Positions 33,245 through 41,953 of a stretch of DNA of 64,000 bases are shown one piece after another; within the stretch, counting starts at the first letter, position 1, and each line of letters starts with the position of its first letter. Both the position numbers and the translations under genes were made by a program. The notes under the pieces are model-generated. The model saw only the letters and a list, made by a program, of their open reading frames with translations, did no database searches and was not told the DNA's origin. Source of the DNA: an uncultured Actinomycetes bacterium (GTDB lineage: Bacteria; Actinomycetota; Acidimicrobiia; Acidimicrobiales; JACCXE01); the NCBI GenBank assembly GCA_963722185.1, contig CAVRKD010000001.1, forward strand, positions 306,015 to 370,014. The letters are read 5' to 3'.

Positions 33245-35032
33245 TTACTCGCGGAATCCTTCCCGAGAAATCCGCGCGGCCGCGGCCGCAGCAATCGCCG
33301 CCACGCCGAGCACCAGAGCGGGCGACTGGTCGGCGCCGGTACGCGGGATGATGCCGGTCGGCTGCGGTGCCGCCGGCGCGGCGGTATGGAGCGGCGGACG
33401 GGGTCCGAGCGGGCCGGCCGCCTGCTCGAGCACCGACGTACCGCGTGCCACCTTCCACGATGCCGTGCTCGTCGCCGCGGTGTTCGGGTCGTTGCGGTTA
33501 TCGACGAACCAGAAGTCGTACTGCATGCCGTCGGCTCGGAACTCGGCGACGCCGTAGCCGTTGCGGAAGCCCTCGTGGTAGCTGACCCACGGGTTGCTGG
33601 CGACCAGGTTCGCTTCGAAGATCGTGTTGATGGTGAGCGCTTCGGGCAGCTCCCCCATCTGCAGGACTTCGGAGAGTCCGGGCGAGGTAACGGCAGGAGC
33701 GATGAACTCCACCGCTGCGCTGTTGGCGTCGAGCTGCCACGTCGACCGGTCGACGGGGAGGTGCGACGCGAACGACTCGTGATAATCCCCCGTGAGCACG
33801 ACGACGTCTTTGATGGCGCGCTCGTCGATGAACGACATGATCTTCTGCCGTTCACCGCGATACCCGTCCCATCCGTCGACGTACAGCGGCGGCGGGATCG
33901 GCGGCAGCGGCGTACCCAGCCCGGTGACCGCCGCGCTCAACACACCGGCGAGCGGCGGGCCGACGTCGACGGGCACCATCACCACCGGGTTGCCGAGCAC
34001 TTTCCACGCGGCGGCGGCACTGCCGAGTCCGTTGAACAACCAATCACGCTGGGTTGCACCGAGCATGGTGCGATCCGGATCGTCGGTGGCCGGATCGACC
34101 GAGAGATATCCGACCACGGCATTGGTGGGCTGCACGTCGCGGTAGAGGCGCTCGTCGAGCATGAACAAGTCGACCAGGTTGCCGATCGTGAATCGCCGGT
34201 ACACCTTGGTCGGCTCGACAGGATCGACGCGGATCGGCATCCACTCACGAAACGCCTGTAGCCCCGCGCTGCGACGCGCGTTCCAATCGCCCTCATCCGC
34301 CGAGTGCTGTTGCGCGCCGCCCTTCCACCAGTCGTTAGCGACCTCGTGGTCGTCGTAGATCGCGATGACCGGGTGACGGGCGTGCAGAAGCTTCAAGCCG
34401 GCGTCGCTGTGGTACTGGCGGTAACGCGCCCGGTAATCCCCGAGGGTGTGCAGTTCGTGTTTCGGATCGTGGGTACGGCCGCCCGGCTTCGGCGTCGCCA
34501 GCCCGCCGTAGGTCGTATCGAATTCGTAGATGTAGTCGCCGAGCGAGAGCACAACGTCGATGTCGTCGCGCTCGGCCAGGACGCGATAGGCGCCGAAAAA
34601 GCCGAACTCCCATTCGGCGCAGGTCACGGTGCCGACGCGCACGCGGTCGACCACCGCTCCCGGCGCGGGCAAGGTACGCGTGCGGCCGACGGGGCTGGTC
34701 GCCGCGCCCGCACGGAAGCGGTACCAGTACGACGTGGCCGGGCTGAGCCCGTCGACGTCGACGTGAATCGTGAAGTCGTTGGACGCCAGAGCGGCCGCGG
34801 TGCCTTGGCGGACGATGTTGCTGAAGCCTGGATCGCGCGCCACTTCCCACGCCACCTGCGGTGCCGCGTTGGTGTGGGTCCAGATGATCACGCGATCAGC
34901 CAACGGGTCGCCAGAAGCAACACCGAAGGCGAACGGCTCTTCGGCCGCCCGCGCCCAGTGCGGCGTCACCGCGACGGCGGCGACGCCCGCCGCACCGGCG
35001 AGAAACGCGCGCCGAGTCGTCTTATCCCCCAT
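33245..35032 (-). CDS. phoD: Tat-exported alkaline phosphatase D family protein with C-terminal sorting-signal-like tail
   Basis: Twin-arginine signal MGDKTTRRAFLAGAAG...ARA. PhoD-like metallophosphatase body (GDYIYE, YDDHEVAND). TTG 35044 is an alternative start. Confidence 0.88.
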   Translation of the reverse strand: MGDKTTRRAFLAGAAGVAAVAVTPHWARAAEEPFAFGVASGDPLADRVIIWTHTNAAPQVAWEVARDPGFSNIVRQGTAAALASNDFTIHVDVDGLSPATSYWYRFRAGAATSPVGRTRTLPAPGAVVDRVRVGTVTCAEWEFGFFGAYRVLAERDDIDVVLSLGDYIYEFDTTYGGLATPKPGGRTHDPKHELHTLGDYRARYRQYHSDAGLKLLHARHPVIAIYDDHEVANDWWKGGAQQHSADEGDWNARRSAGLQAFREWMPIRVDPVEPTKVYRRFTIGNLVDLFMLDERLYRDVQPTNAVVGYLSVDPATDDPDRTMLGATQRDWLFNGLGSAAAAWKVLGNPVVMVPVDVGPPLAGVLSAAVTGLGTPLPPIPPPLYVDGWDGYRGERQKIMSFIDERAIKDVVVLTGDYHESFASHLPVDRSTWQLDANSAAVEFIAPAVTSPGLSEVLQMGELPEALTINTIFEANLVASNPWVSYHEGFRNGYGVAEFRADGMQYDFWFVDNRNDPNTAATSTASWKVARGTSVLEQAAGPLGPRPPLHTAAPAAPQPTGIIPRTGADQSPALVLGVAAIAAAAAARISREGFRE

Positions 35033-35801
35033 GCCGCCGCCCAACGTAGAGCAGAATCAAGACGTGCCGACCGACAACGCCGCCGCGTGGGACCGCCACT
35101 CCGCCGCGTATCAGGCCGGCGCGCAGCTGCCGACCGACGTTGCCCACTACGGCCCCGACATCGGCACCGAAGCCGATTACCGGCTGCTCGGTGACCTCAA
35201 AGGCAAGCGCGTGCTCGAACTGGGCTGCGGCGGCGCGCAGTGCTCGATCGCGTTCGCCAAGCAGGGCGCGGTGGCCATCGGGGTCGACTTCTCGTCCGAG
35301 CAGCTGGCGTTCGCGCGCCGCTTGTGCGACCGGGAAGATGTGAAGGTCGAACTGCATCACGGCGACTTGGCCGACTTAGCATTCGTGCGGGCCGAGTCGA
35401 TCGACATGGTGTTCTCGGCCTACGCCTTCGGCTACGTGGAAGACCTTGGGCGGGTGTTTCGCCAGGTGCACCGCGTGCTGCGGCCGGGCGGGCCGCTGGT
35501 GTTCAGCCTCCCCCACCCGTCCTACGACATGATCGACGACGACTCCGATCAGCCGCTGCTGATCCGGCGCTCCTACTTCGACCGCACGCCGATCGACTAC
35601 GAGTGGAATGGCATCGCCTTCACCGACTACCGCCACACCATGGCCGACATCTATATGGGCCTGCTTCGGGCGAACTACCGAGTCGACGTGGTCATCGAAC
35701 CAGAGCCGGTCAGCAACGGCCCGCGCAGCCAGCACTGGCGCGAGACCTACAAGTACGTCCCGCGCACGCTGATCATCCGGGCAAGAAAAGAAGGCCTCTA
35801 A
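35031..35801 (+). CDS. Class I SAM-dependent methyltransferase
   Basis: Motif I VLELGCGGAQ and post-I VDFS. The start is ATG 35031 or GTG 35064. The ORF-track start at 34770 is antisense to phoD. Confidence 0.8.
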   Translation: MPPPNVEQNQDVPTDNAAAWDRHSAAYQAGAQLPTDVAHYGPDIGTEADYRLLGDLKGKRVLELGCGGAQCSIAFAKQGAVAIGVDFSSEQLAFARRLCDREDVKVELHHGDLADLAFVRAESIDMVFSAYAFGYVEDLGRVFRQVHRVLRPGGPLVFSLPHPSYDMIDDDSDQPLLIRRSYFDRTPIDYEWNGIAFTDYRHTMADIYMGLLRANYRVDVVIEPEPVSNGPRSQHWRETYKYVPRTLIIRARKEGL

Positions 35802-35818
35802 CACGCTAGACCGGCGCG

Positions 35819-36715
35819 ATGGATCCCCTCAGTGCTGCGGCGCGCCGTCTGGCGGCCGCGCTCGAACCGTTCGCCGGCCAGGTCTACTTCTCGGCCGAGT
35901 GCCACGCCGAGTACGAGAAGCTTGGCTTCCAACCGAGCCCCGGCGACTTCGGCAGCGGTGTCAACCTGCCCGACGGTCCGGCCTACTTCACGTCGCGCGG
36001 CTCGGTCATGGGCCAAGTGGCCGGCGAAGTGATCGCGTCGGCCTTCGCCGTGTTCAATCCGGCGGCCGTCGTGCCCGCGGTCGACTTCGGCTGGTCGCTC
36101 ACCGACGCTCCGACGATCTGCGCCGCCCGCGACCGTGGCGCCATCGGCCAGCTCGAGCGCATCCTCGGCGAGAAGCCCGACGGCATCGACGCCGTCGGCG
36201 ACTTGTTGGAACGCGCCTGCGCGCCGCTGCGTCCCGAAGGCCGGCCGCTGTTCGCCGGCCTGTTGTCCCAAGAGGTGCCCGATTCACCCATCGGCCGCGC
36301 CTGGCGCTACGCCGACCGCCTGCGGGAGTACCGCGGCGACTGTCACACGGCGGCGTGGACCTCGGCCGGTTTCGACGCCACCGAGATCGGCTTGGCCAGC
36401 GAGCTGTACTGGGGATTGGCGATGGGGTCCTATATCCGCACCCGCGCCTGGTCCGACCAGCAGCTCGAAGAAGCCAAGGGCCGGCTCCGCTCGCGCGGTC
36501 TGGTCGACGGCGACGCCTTCACCGACGCCGGCCGCGCCGCCCGCGAAGCGGTCGAGACCGCCACCGACGTGCCCCTGCAACCCGCCATCGAGGCGCTGGG
36601 CGGCGACCTCGAGACCGTGTGCTCGATGCTCGACGGTTACGGCAAGGACATCAAAGCCGCCGGCGGCTACCTCGGCGGCGGTCCCAACGACCTCGTGCGG
36701 GCTGCATCGTCGTAG
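35819..36715 (+). CDS. Conserved hypothetical protein (SCO6745-like family, recalled from memory)
   Basis: 298-aa ORF with N-terminal LEPFAGQVYFSAE...YFTSRGSVMGQV pattern. The function is unknown. Confidence 0.6.
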   Translation: MDPLSAAARRLAAALEPFAGQVYFSAECHAEYEKLGFQPSPGDFGSGVNLPDGPAYFTSRGSVMGQVAGEVIASAFAVFNPAAVVPAVDFGWSLTDAPTICAARDRGAIGQLERILGEKPDGIDAVGDLLERACAPLRPEGRPLFAGLLSQEVPDSPIGRAWRYADRLREYRGDCHTAAWTSAGFDATEIGLASELYWGLAMGSYIRTRAWSDQQLEEAKGRLRSRGLVDGDAFTDAGRAAREAVETATDVPLQPAIEALGGDLETVCSMLDGYGKDIKAAGGYLGGGPNDLVRAASS

Positions 36716-36737
36716 CAACGCGTGACAAAATGCCCAC

Positions 36738-36944
36738 ATGGGGAAACGACTGCTTCTTGTCCTCGCGTTCGCCGCGTCACTGCTCGGCACCGCGATCGTC
36801 ACCGCCGCTCCTGCGCCCGCCGCGCAGGTCATCGGCAAGACCGGCGTCTACAAGGACGCCTGCGGTAACTCGCAGATCTGGGTGAACGGCCAGAACCTCG
36901 GCCCGCATTACCTGATCTGCATGCCGCCGGACGCGCCGCAGTAG
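36738..36944 (+). CDS. Small secreted Cys-containing protein (68 aa)
   Basis: Sec signal MGKRLLLVLAFAASLLGTAIVTAAPAPAAQ, then a ~38-aa mature part with two Cys residues. Confidence 0.5.
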   Translation: MGKRLLLVLAFAASLLGTAIVTAAPAPAAQVIGKTGVYKDACGNSQIWVNGQNLGPHYLICMPPDAPQ

Positions 36945-36954
36945 CGCCTAGCGC

Positions 36955-37932
36955 CTAGACCGGCTGGCGCACCCACTCGGCGAAGGTGTTCGTGAACAGT
37001 GCTGGCACGCCCCCGGTGTGCATGAACACGACCGGCTCGTCGGGCAACCGACTGGTGCGCGCGTAGTCCACAAGGCCCGCCGCGGCTTTGCCGCTGTAGA
37101 CGGGGTCGAGGAGAAGACCTTCGTTCGTCGCGAACAGGTGCAGCGCTTCGCGCGCCCCGTCCGTGGGTGCGCCATAGTCAGCGCCGAAGAAGTCGTGGTC
37201 GACGCGTACGTCGCCGACCGGCGCCGCCCGACCGCACAACGCCGCCGCCGCGTCGGCCTCACGCGGCACTACCTCGTCGAGATCGGGCCGCGTGCCGACG
37301 TCGAAGCCAACCACGCGCGCGTGATCGCCGAAGCCGGCGACCAGACCGGCGTGCGTGCCTCCGGAGCCGTCGGCGGTAATCGTCAGCGCCGGCACTTCGC
37401 CGAGCTGCTCGACGATCTCGTCAGCCGCGTCGATGTAGCCGAGCGCGCCGACGGGTGTCGCGCCGCCGATCGGGATTTGATAGGGCACCCGTCCGGCGGC
37501 GCGCAACTCGTCGCACACGGCTGTGATCTTCTCCTCCAGCGGGTAGTAACTGAGCGCGCCCGCCCACACGAACTCGGGTGCGAGCACGTAGTCGAGCACC
37601 ACGTTTCCCGAAGGCCTCGTCGGTTCTTTGCTCGACAACACGGCGACGGCTTTGATGCCCAACCGGTTCGCCGCCGCGATGGTCATGCGCACGTGGTTGC
37701 TTTGCCGCCCACCGCCGGTGACGAGCGTGTCGGCGCCCTGCGCCAGCGCGTCGGCGCACAGGTAGTTCAGCTTGCGCGCCTTGTTGCCGCCGCCGGCGAG
37801 CCCGGTGCAATCGTCGCGCTTGACCCACAGCTGCCCGGCCGCCAGACCCAGCGCGGCCGCCAGCCGATCCATGCGTTCGAGCGGCGTCGGCAGGTGTGCC
37901 AGCGCGAGCGGCCGAGAAAAGGATGCTGTCAC
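36955..37932 (-). CDS. PLP-dependent D-cysteine desulfhydrase / ACC deaminase family protein
   Basis: About 325 aa from GTG 37932. Motifs LPTPLERM, WVKRDDCTGLAGGGNKARKL (PLP Lys), and the C-terminal FMHTGG region. The ORF-track start at 38292 is an extension. Confidence 0.85.
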   Translation of the reverse strand: MTASFSRPLALAHLPTPLERMDRLAAALGLAAGQLWVKRDDCTGLAGGGNKARKLNYLCADALAQGADTLVTGGGRQSNHVRMTIAAANRLGIKAVAVLSSKEPTRPSGNVVLDYVLAPEFVWAGALSYYPLEEKITAVCDELRAAGRVPYQIPIGGATPVGALGYIDAADEIVEQLGEVPALTITADGSGGTHAGLVAGFGDHARVVGFDVGTRPDLDEVVPREADAAAALCGRAAPVGDVRVDHDFFGADYGAPTDGAREALHLFATNEGLLLDPVYSGKAAAGLVDYARTSRLPDEPVVFMHTGGVPALFTNTFAEWVRQPV

Positions 37933-37949
37933 CCAGGCAAGATACGTCG

Positions 37950-38561
37950 GTGCCCACTCCCCTGACCGCGGCTTTGCAAGATCTCGTCGACGCCGCCACC
38001 GCGGCGCTCGACGCCGACCTGCCGAACGAGCGCGCCCGCTGCGACGCCATGCGCGACGCCATGGCCGCCTTGCTGGCGACCGAAGGCTCCGTGCCCGAGA
38101 CCGAGTGCCAGTCCCTCGACGGCGCCGCGGTGGGCAACCTGCTGTACGCCGATCCGCAGGGCCGGTTCCACATCCTCGGCGTCGTGTTTCCCGAAGGCAC
38201 GTCGTCGGGCGTGCACCACCACGGTTGCTGGGGCGTGATCGGCTACCTCCGCGGCGGCGACGAGGAGACGCGGTACGCCTCGGAAGCCGCACCCCACGAA
38301 GGCGACGAGATGGAGCTCACCGAGGTGTCGCGCCACGTCTGGCACACCGGCGACATCACCTATCTCTTGCCTGACGAGGGCGACGGCTGGCACCGCGTGC
38401 GCAACCCCGGCCCCGGTGACGGCGTGAGCATCCACGTGCTCTGCATGACCCCCTCGGATCACCCGCACCTGTTCTGGGATCGCTCGTCCGGCCACATTTC
38501 CGGCTACCCCTTCCTCGAAGTCGCCCCCGACCGCTGGCAAGCACGCATTAGCGAGTCCTAG
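37950..38561 (+). CDS. Cupin-fold protein (cysteine-dioxygenase-like)
   Basis: His cluster SSGVHHHGCWGVIGYLRG and a later WHRVRNPG...SIHVL, consistent with a cupin metal site. Start is GTG 37950. Confidence 0.65.
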   Translation: MPTPLTAALQDLVDAATAALDADLPNERARCDAMRDAMAALLATEGSVPETECQSLDGAAVGNLLYADPQGRFHILGVVFPEGTSSGVHHHGCWGVIGYLRGGDEETRYASEAAPHEGDEMELTEVSRHVWHTGDITYLLPDEGDGWHRVRNPGPGDGVSIHVLCMTPSDHPHLFWDRSSGHISGYPFLEVAPDRWQARISES

Positions 38562-39939
38562 CCGACCACCACTCGTCGAGGCGGCGGCGCGCTTCGTCCT
38601 CGCCGAGGGGACCGTGTTCGAGTCGCAACTCCAGTAAGAAGTTGAGCGCGTCGCCGACATCGCGGGACGGCTTAATGGCCAGTTGTTCCATCACTTGCTG
38701 GCCGTCGAGATCGGGACGGATGGCGTCGAGCTCCTCCTGCTCGCGCAGGCGGGCGATCTCGCTCTCGAGCGTGTCCATGCGATCGGACAGGCGTTTGGCC
38801 TTGGCTTCGTTGCGCGTCGTGCAGTCGGCGCGGGTCAGCGCGTTCAATCGGTCGAGCAACGGCCCCGCGTCGCGCACGTAGCGGCGAATGGCGGAGTCGG
38901 TCCACCCCATGGCGTAGGTGTGGAAACGCAGGTGCAGTTCGACCAGCTTCACGACGTCGTCGAGGTCGTCGCTCGGCCAGCGCAGCTCGGTCAGCCGCTT
39001 GCGCGCCATGCGGGCGCCGACGACTTCGTGATGGTGAAACGACACGCCCTTGTCGCCGAACTGACGCGTCGCCGGCTTGCCGATGTCGTGCAGCAGCGCC
39101 GACATGCGCAGCACGCGGTCGGGCTTGGTGTTGGCGACCACGGCGATCGTGTGGGCGAGTACGTCCTTGTGCCGATGAATCGGGTCCTGTTCGACGGCCA
39201 GCGCCGGCAACTCGGGCAGGAAATGCTCGGCCAGCCCCGTTTGGGCGATGAACCACAGTCCGGGCGACGGATCCTCGACGAGCAACAACTTGTCGAGTTC
39301 GTCACGGATGCGTTCCATCGACACGATCGAAAGTCGTCCGGCCATGGCCTTGACCGCGGCCACGAGCCCGTCGTCGGGCACGAGTTGGTAGCCGGCGATG
39401 AACCGGGCGGCGCGCAGCATGCGCAGCGGGTCGTCGCTGAAAGACTCCTCGGGCGACAGCGGCGTGCGCAGCCGGCCGGCGGCGAGATCGACGAGACCGT
39501 CATAGGGATCGATGATCTCGCTGCCCGGTAGCCGCAGCGCCATGGCGTTAACCGTGAAGTCGCGGCGCGCCAGGTCCTCCTCCACCGCGGTGGCGAAAGC
39601 CACGTCGGGCTTGCGGGAATCGGGGCTGTACGCCTCGGCGCGGTGGGTGGTGATTTCGTAGACGCGATCGCCCTTCCTGGCGCCGATCGTGCCAAAGCGC
39701 TTGCCTTGGGTCCACACGGCGTCGGCCCAGCCCGAGAGCAGTTTTTCGGTCTCGTCTGGAAGCGCGTCGGTGGTGAAATCGAGGTCGTCGGCGTCGTCGA
39801 GACGGTTCACGATGGCGTCGCGCACCACGCCGCCGACGAGATACAGCATGTGGCCAGCGTCGGCGAAGCGTTGCGCCAAATCGGCCGTAGCCGCGACAAG
39901 CCCCTCCAGACGCTCGGGAATCACGGTCGACGCCGACAC
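38548..39939 (-). CDS. cca: CCA-adding tRNA nucleotidyltransferase / poly(A) polymerase family with HD domain
   Basis: GTG 39939 is preceded by a GGAGG RBS. Motifs LYLVGGVVRDAIV, DLDFTT, RDFTVNAM, and the HD region LLHDIGKP. The ORF-track start at 40128 is antisense to tnpB. Confidence 0.9.
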   Translation of the reverse strand: MSASTVIPERLEGLVAATADLAQRFADAGHMLYLVGGVVRDAIVNRLDDADDLDFTTDALPDETEKLLSGWADAVWTQGKRFGTIGARKGDRVYEITTHRAEAYSPDSRKPDVAFATAVEEDLARRDFTVNAMALRLPGSEIIDPYDGLVDLAAGRLRTPLSPEESFSDDPLRMLRAARFIAGYQLVPDDGLVAAVKAMAGRLSIVSMERIRDELDKLLLVEDPSPGLWFIAQTGLAEHFLPELPALAVEQDPIHRHKDVLAHTIAVVANTKPDRVLRMSALLHDIGKPATRQFGDKGVSFHHHEVVGARMARKRLTELRWPSDDLDDVVKLVELHLRFHTYAMGWTDSAIRRYVRDAGPLLDRLNALTRADCTTRNEAKAKRLSDRMDTLESEIARLREQEELDAIRPDLDGQQVMEQLAIKPSRDVGDALNFLLELRLEHGPLGEDEARRRLDEWWSARTR

Positions 39940-39955
39940 CGCGGTGCCTCCGACG

Positions 39956-41233
39956 GGGGTTCTGTTGATACACCCCTTCCGTATCGTGCTGGCATGGCGG
40001 AAGGTTTCCGAGCGTTCCAGTTTGTGCTTTCTCCGACAGTAAAACAGGAGCGCGCGCTGACCACTCTTTTCCTTGAGCAGTGCCGGTTGTACAACGCCGC
40101 GTTGGAGGAACGTCGCGGCGCGTGGCAACTCGAGCGGCGAGCGGTGAGCCGATTCGACCAGTACAAGACGTTGACCGGCATGGCGGACCAGGAGCCCACG
40201 CTGATGGCGTTCGGGGTCACCGCGGCTCGAGGCACTCTTCTCCGATTAGACCGCGCATTCAAAGCCTTCTTCCGCCGCGCCGCCGCGGGCGAAACGCCGG
40301 GGTTCCCGCGGTTCCGGTCAGCGCGGCGATTCGATTCGGTCGAGTGGCCCGACACAGACGGCTGGCGAATCGACGAAACCACCGGACGACTCTATCTGCG
40401 AGGTATCGGCCACCTGAAGGTCCGCCTGCACCGCGCGATTCGCGGCTTGCCGAAGACGATCACTGTGAGACGGCGCGGTAGGCGGTGGGAGGTCACCGTG
40501 TTTTGCGCGGGCGTTCCCGCACAACCGCTGGCGCCGACAGGCAACGCCGTCGGAATCGATGTGGGCGTCACCGTGGCTTTCGCACTCTCCGACGGCCGCC
40601 TCATCGACAACCCGCGGCACCTCGCCCGCTCGGCCGAGTCGCTGGCTAAGGCTCAACGCGTCGTGTCAGGGCGCAGAAGGAGTTCGCGCCGGCGTGTTAA
40701 AGCCACGGAGGCGGTCGGGGTTCTGCATCGAAAGATCGCAAACCAGCGTCGCGACTTCCTCCACAAGCAGTCCCGGGCGCTGGTCAACGACCACGACCTC
40801 ATCGTGATCGAAGACCTGCGGGTGACGAACATGACCCGACGGCCGAAGCCGGTGCCGGATGAAGACGGCGGTTTCGATCCCAACGGCGCGGCCACCAAGG
40901 CGGGGCTTAACAAATCAATTCTCGATGTCGGGTGGAGAAGGTTCCGGTCGATGCTGGCCTACAAAGCGGAAGAAGCTGATAGGCAGCTCGTCGTCGTGAA
41001 CCCGCGCCACACGTCCCAAACTTGTGCGCAGTGCCGGCACATCGACAAGGACAACCGGCACGGCACCGTATTCCGATGCATCCGTTGTGGCCACCACGGC
41101 CACGCCGATGTCAACGCCGCGGTGAACATCCTTCGGGCCGGGCTGGCCTTGCGCCTTGCGCGCGAAGCGAAACGACGAGTCGCGTAACTACACACGCGAC
41201 GAGTCACCTCGCGAGCCTTATTCTTCGCCGCTA
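39956..41233 (+). mobile_element. IS200/IS605-family (IS1341-like) tnpB-only element; boundaries approximate
   Basis: Contains only tnpB, with no transposase ORF. Small subterminal hairpins lie at 39956..39976 and 41179..41200. It sits between cca and the GNAT gene. The ends are not defined by sequence alone. Confidence 0.5.
39994..41187 (+). CDS. tnpB: TnpB (OrfB) RNA-guided endonuclease-type transposon protein
   Basis: N-terminus FRAFQFVLSPTVKQERAL. RuvC-I GIDVGVTV, RuvC-II LIVIEDLRVTNM, zinc ribbon CAQCRH...CIRCGH, RuvC-III HADVNAAVNILRAG. 397 aa from ATG 39994. Confidence 0.92.
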   Translation: MAEGFRAFQFVLSPTVKQERALTTLFLEQCRLYNAALEERRGAWQLERRAVSRFDQYKTLTGMADQEPTLMAFGVTAARGTLLRLDRAFKAFFRRAAAGETPGFPRFRSARRFDSVEWPDTDGWRIDETTGRLYLRGIGHLKVRLHRAIRGLPKTITVRRRGRRWEVTVFCAGVPAQPLAPTGNAVGIDVGVTVAFALSDGRLIDNPRHLARSAESLAKAQRVVSGRRRSSRRRVKATEAVGVLHRKIANQRRDFLHKQSRALVNDHDLIVIEDLRVTNMTRRPKPVPDEDGGFDPNGAATKAGLNKSILDVGWRRFRSMLAYKAEEADRQLVVVNPRHTSQTCAQCRHIDKDNRHGTVFRCIRCGHHGHADVNAAVNILRAGLALRLAREAKRRVA

Positions 41234-41953
41234 GTGACAACCGCGCTCGTAACCGATGGCGCCGAGCGCGCCCGAATAGGACCGTGGCACGGCGACCCCA
41301 CCGTGGGCTGCGTCACGCCGCAACCCGGGAGCCCGCCGGCATCGGCGCGGCTCGTGAAACGCTGCCTCGAGCAGCTGGCGCGTCTGGGCTTTCGCGAGGC
41401 GATCACCGCGGCGATGCCGACCACCGAGTCCGCCGGCTTCGTCGCCGCGGGCTTTGAAGTCTCCGAGCGACTCCACCTGCTCGAGCGACCGGTAAAGGCC
41501 GCCGACCGCGCCGCGGTCGCCATACCCGAAGGCGTCACGTTCCGTCGCGCCCGCGCCACCGACATCGAAGCGGTGCTGGCGGTCGACGCCCGCTCGTTCG
41601 GCTCGTTCTGGCGGCTGGACGTACCGGGCATCCATGACGCGCGTACCGCGACGAGCCACGCGCGTTTCCGGGTCGCCCGGATCGACGAGACCGTCGTCGG
41701 CTACGCCATCACCGGTCGCCAGGGCCGGACCGGGTACCTCCAGCGGCTCGCCGTTGACCCGGAGCGGCGCAGCGGCGGCATCGGTACCGCGCTCGTGATG
41801 GACGGGGTGCGTTGGCTGGCGCAGTGGAGGGCCAACCGCGAATTGGTCAACACGCAGGAATCGAACGGGACCGCGCTGGCCCTGTACGAGTCGCTCGGCT
41901 TCCAACGCAAACCTCATGGCTTGACGGTGTGGTCAGCGCGCCTGCCGCAGTGA
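41234..41953 (+). CDS. GNAT-family N-acetyltransferase
   Basis: Acetyl-CoA motif A YLQRLAVDPERRSGGIGTALV and C-terminal ALALYESLGF. The GTG 41234 start is provisional. Confidence 0.75.
   Translation: MTTALVTDGAERARIGPWHGDPTVGCVTPQPGSPPASARLVKRCLEQLARLGFREAITAAMPTTESAGFVAAGFEVSERLHLLERPVKAADRAAVAIPEGVTFRRARATDIEAVLAVDARSFGSFWRLDVPGIHDARTATSHARFRVARIDETVVGYAITGRQGRTGYLQRLAVDPERRSGGIGTALVMDGVRWLAQWRANRELVNTQESNGTALALYESLGFQRKPHGLTVWSARLPQ

Noticed and set aside
36941-36957. Tandem TAGCGCC TAGCGCC TAG between convergent genes.
   Set aside because: It is a 7-bp duplication spanning the two stop codons. It is too short to assign a function and has no associated structure.
39643-39993. 5' extension of the tnpB ORF (514-aa version), and the mirror-image extension of cca to 40128.
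   Set aside because: The extensions are antisense to each other's real coding sequence. The conserved N-termini (FRAFQFVLSPT for TnpB; LYLVGGVVRDA preceded by a GGAGG RBS for Cca) fix the starts at 39994 and 39939.
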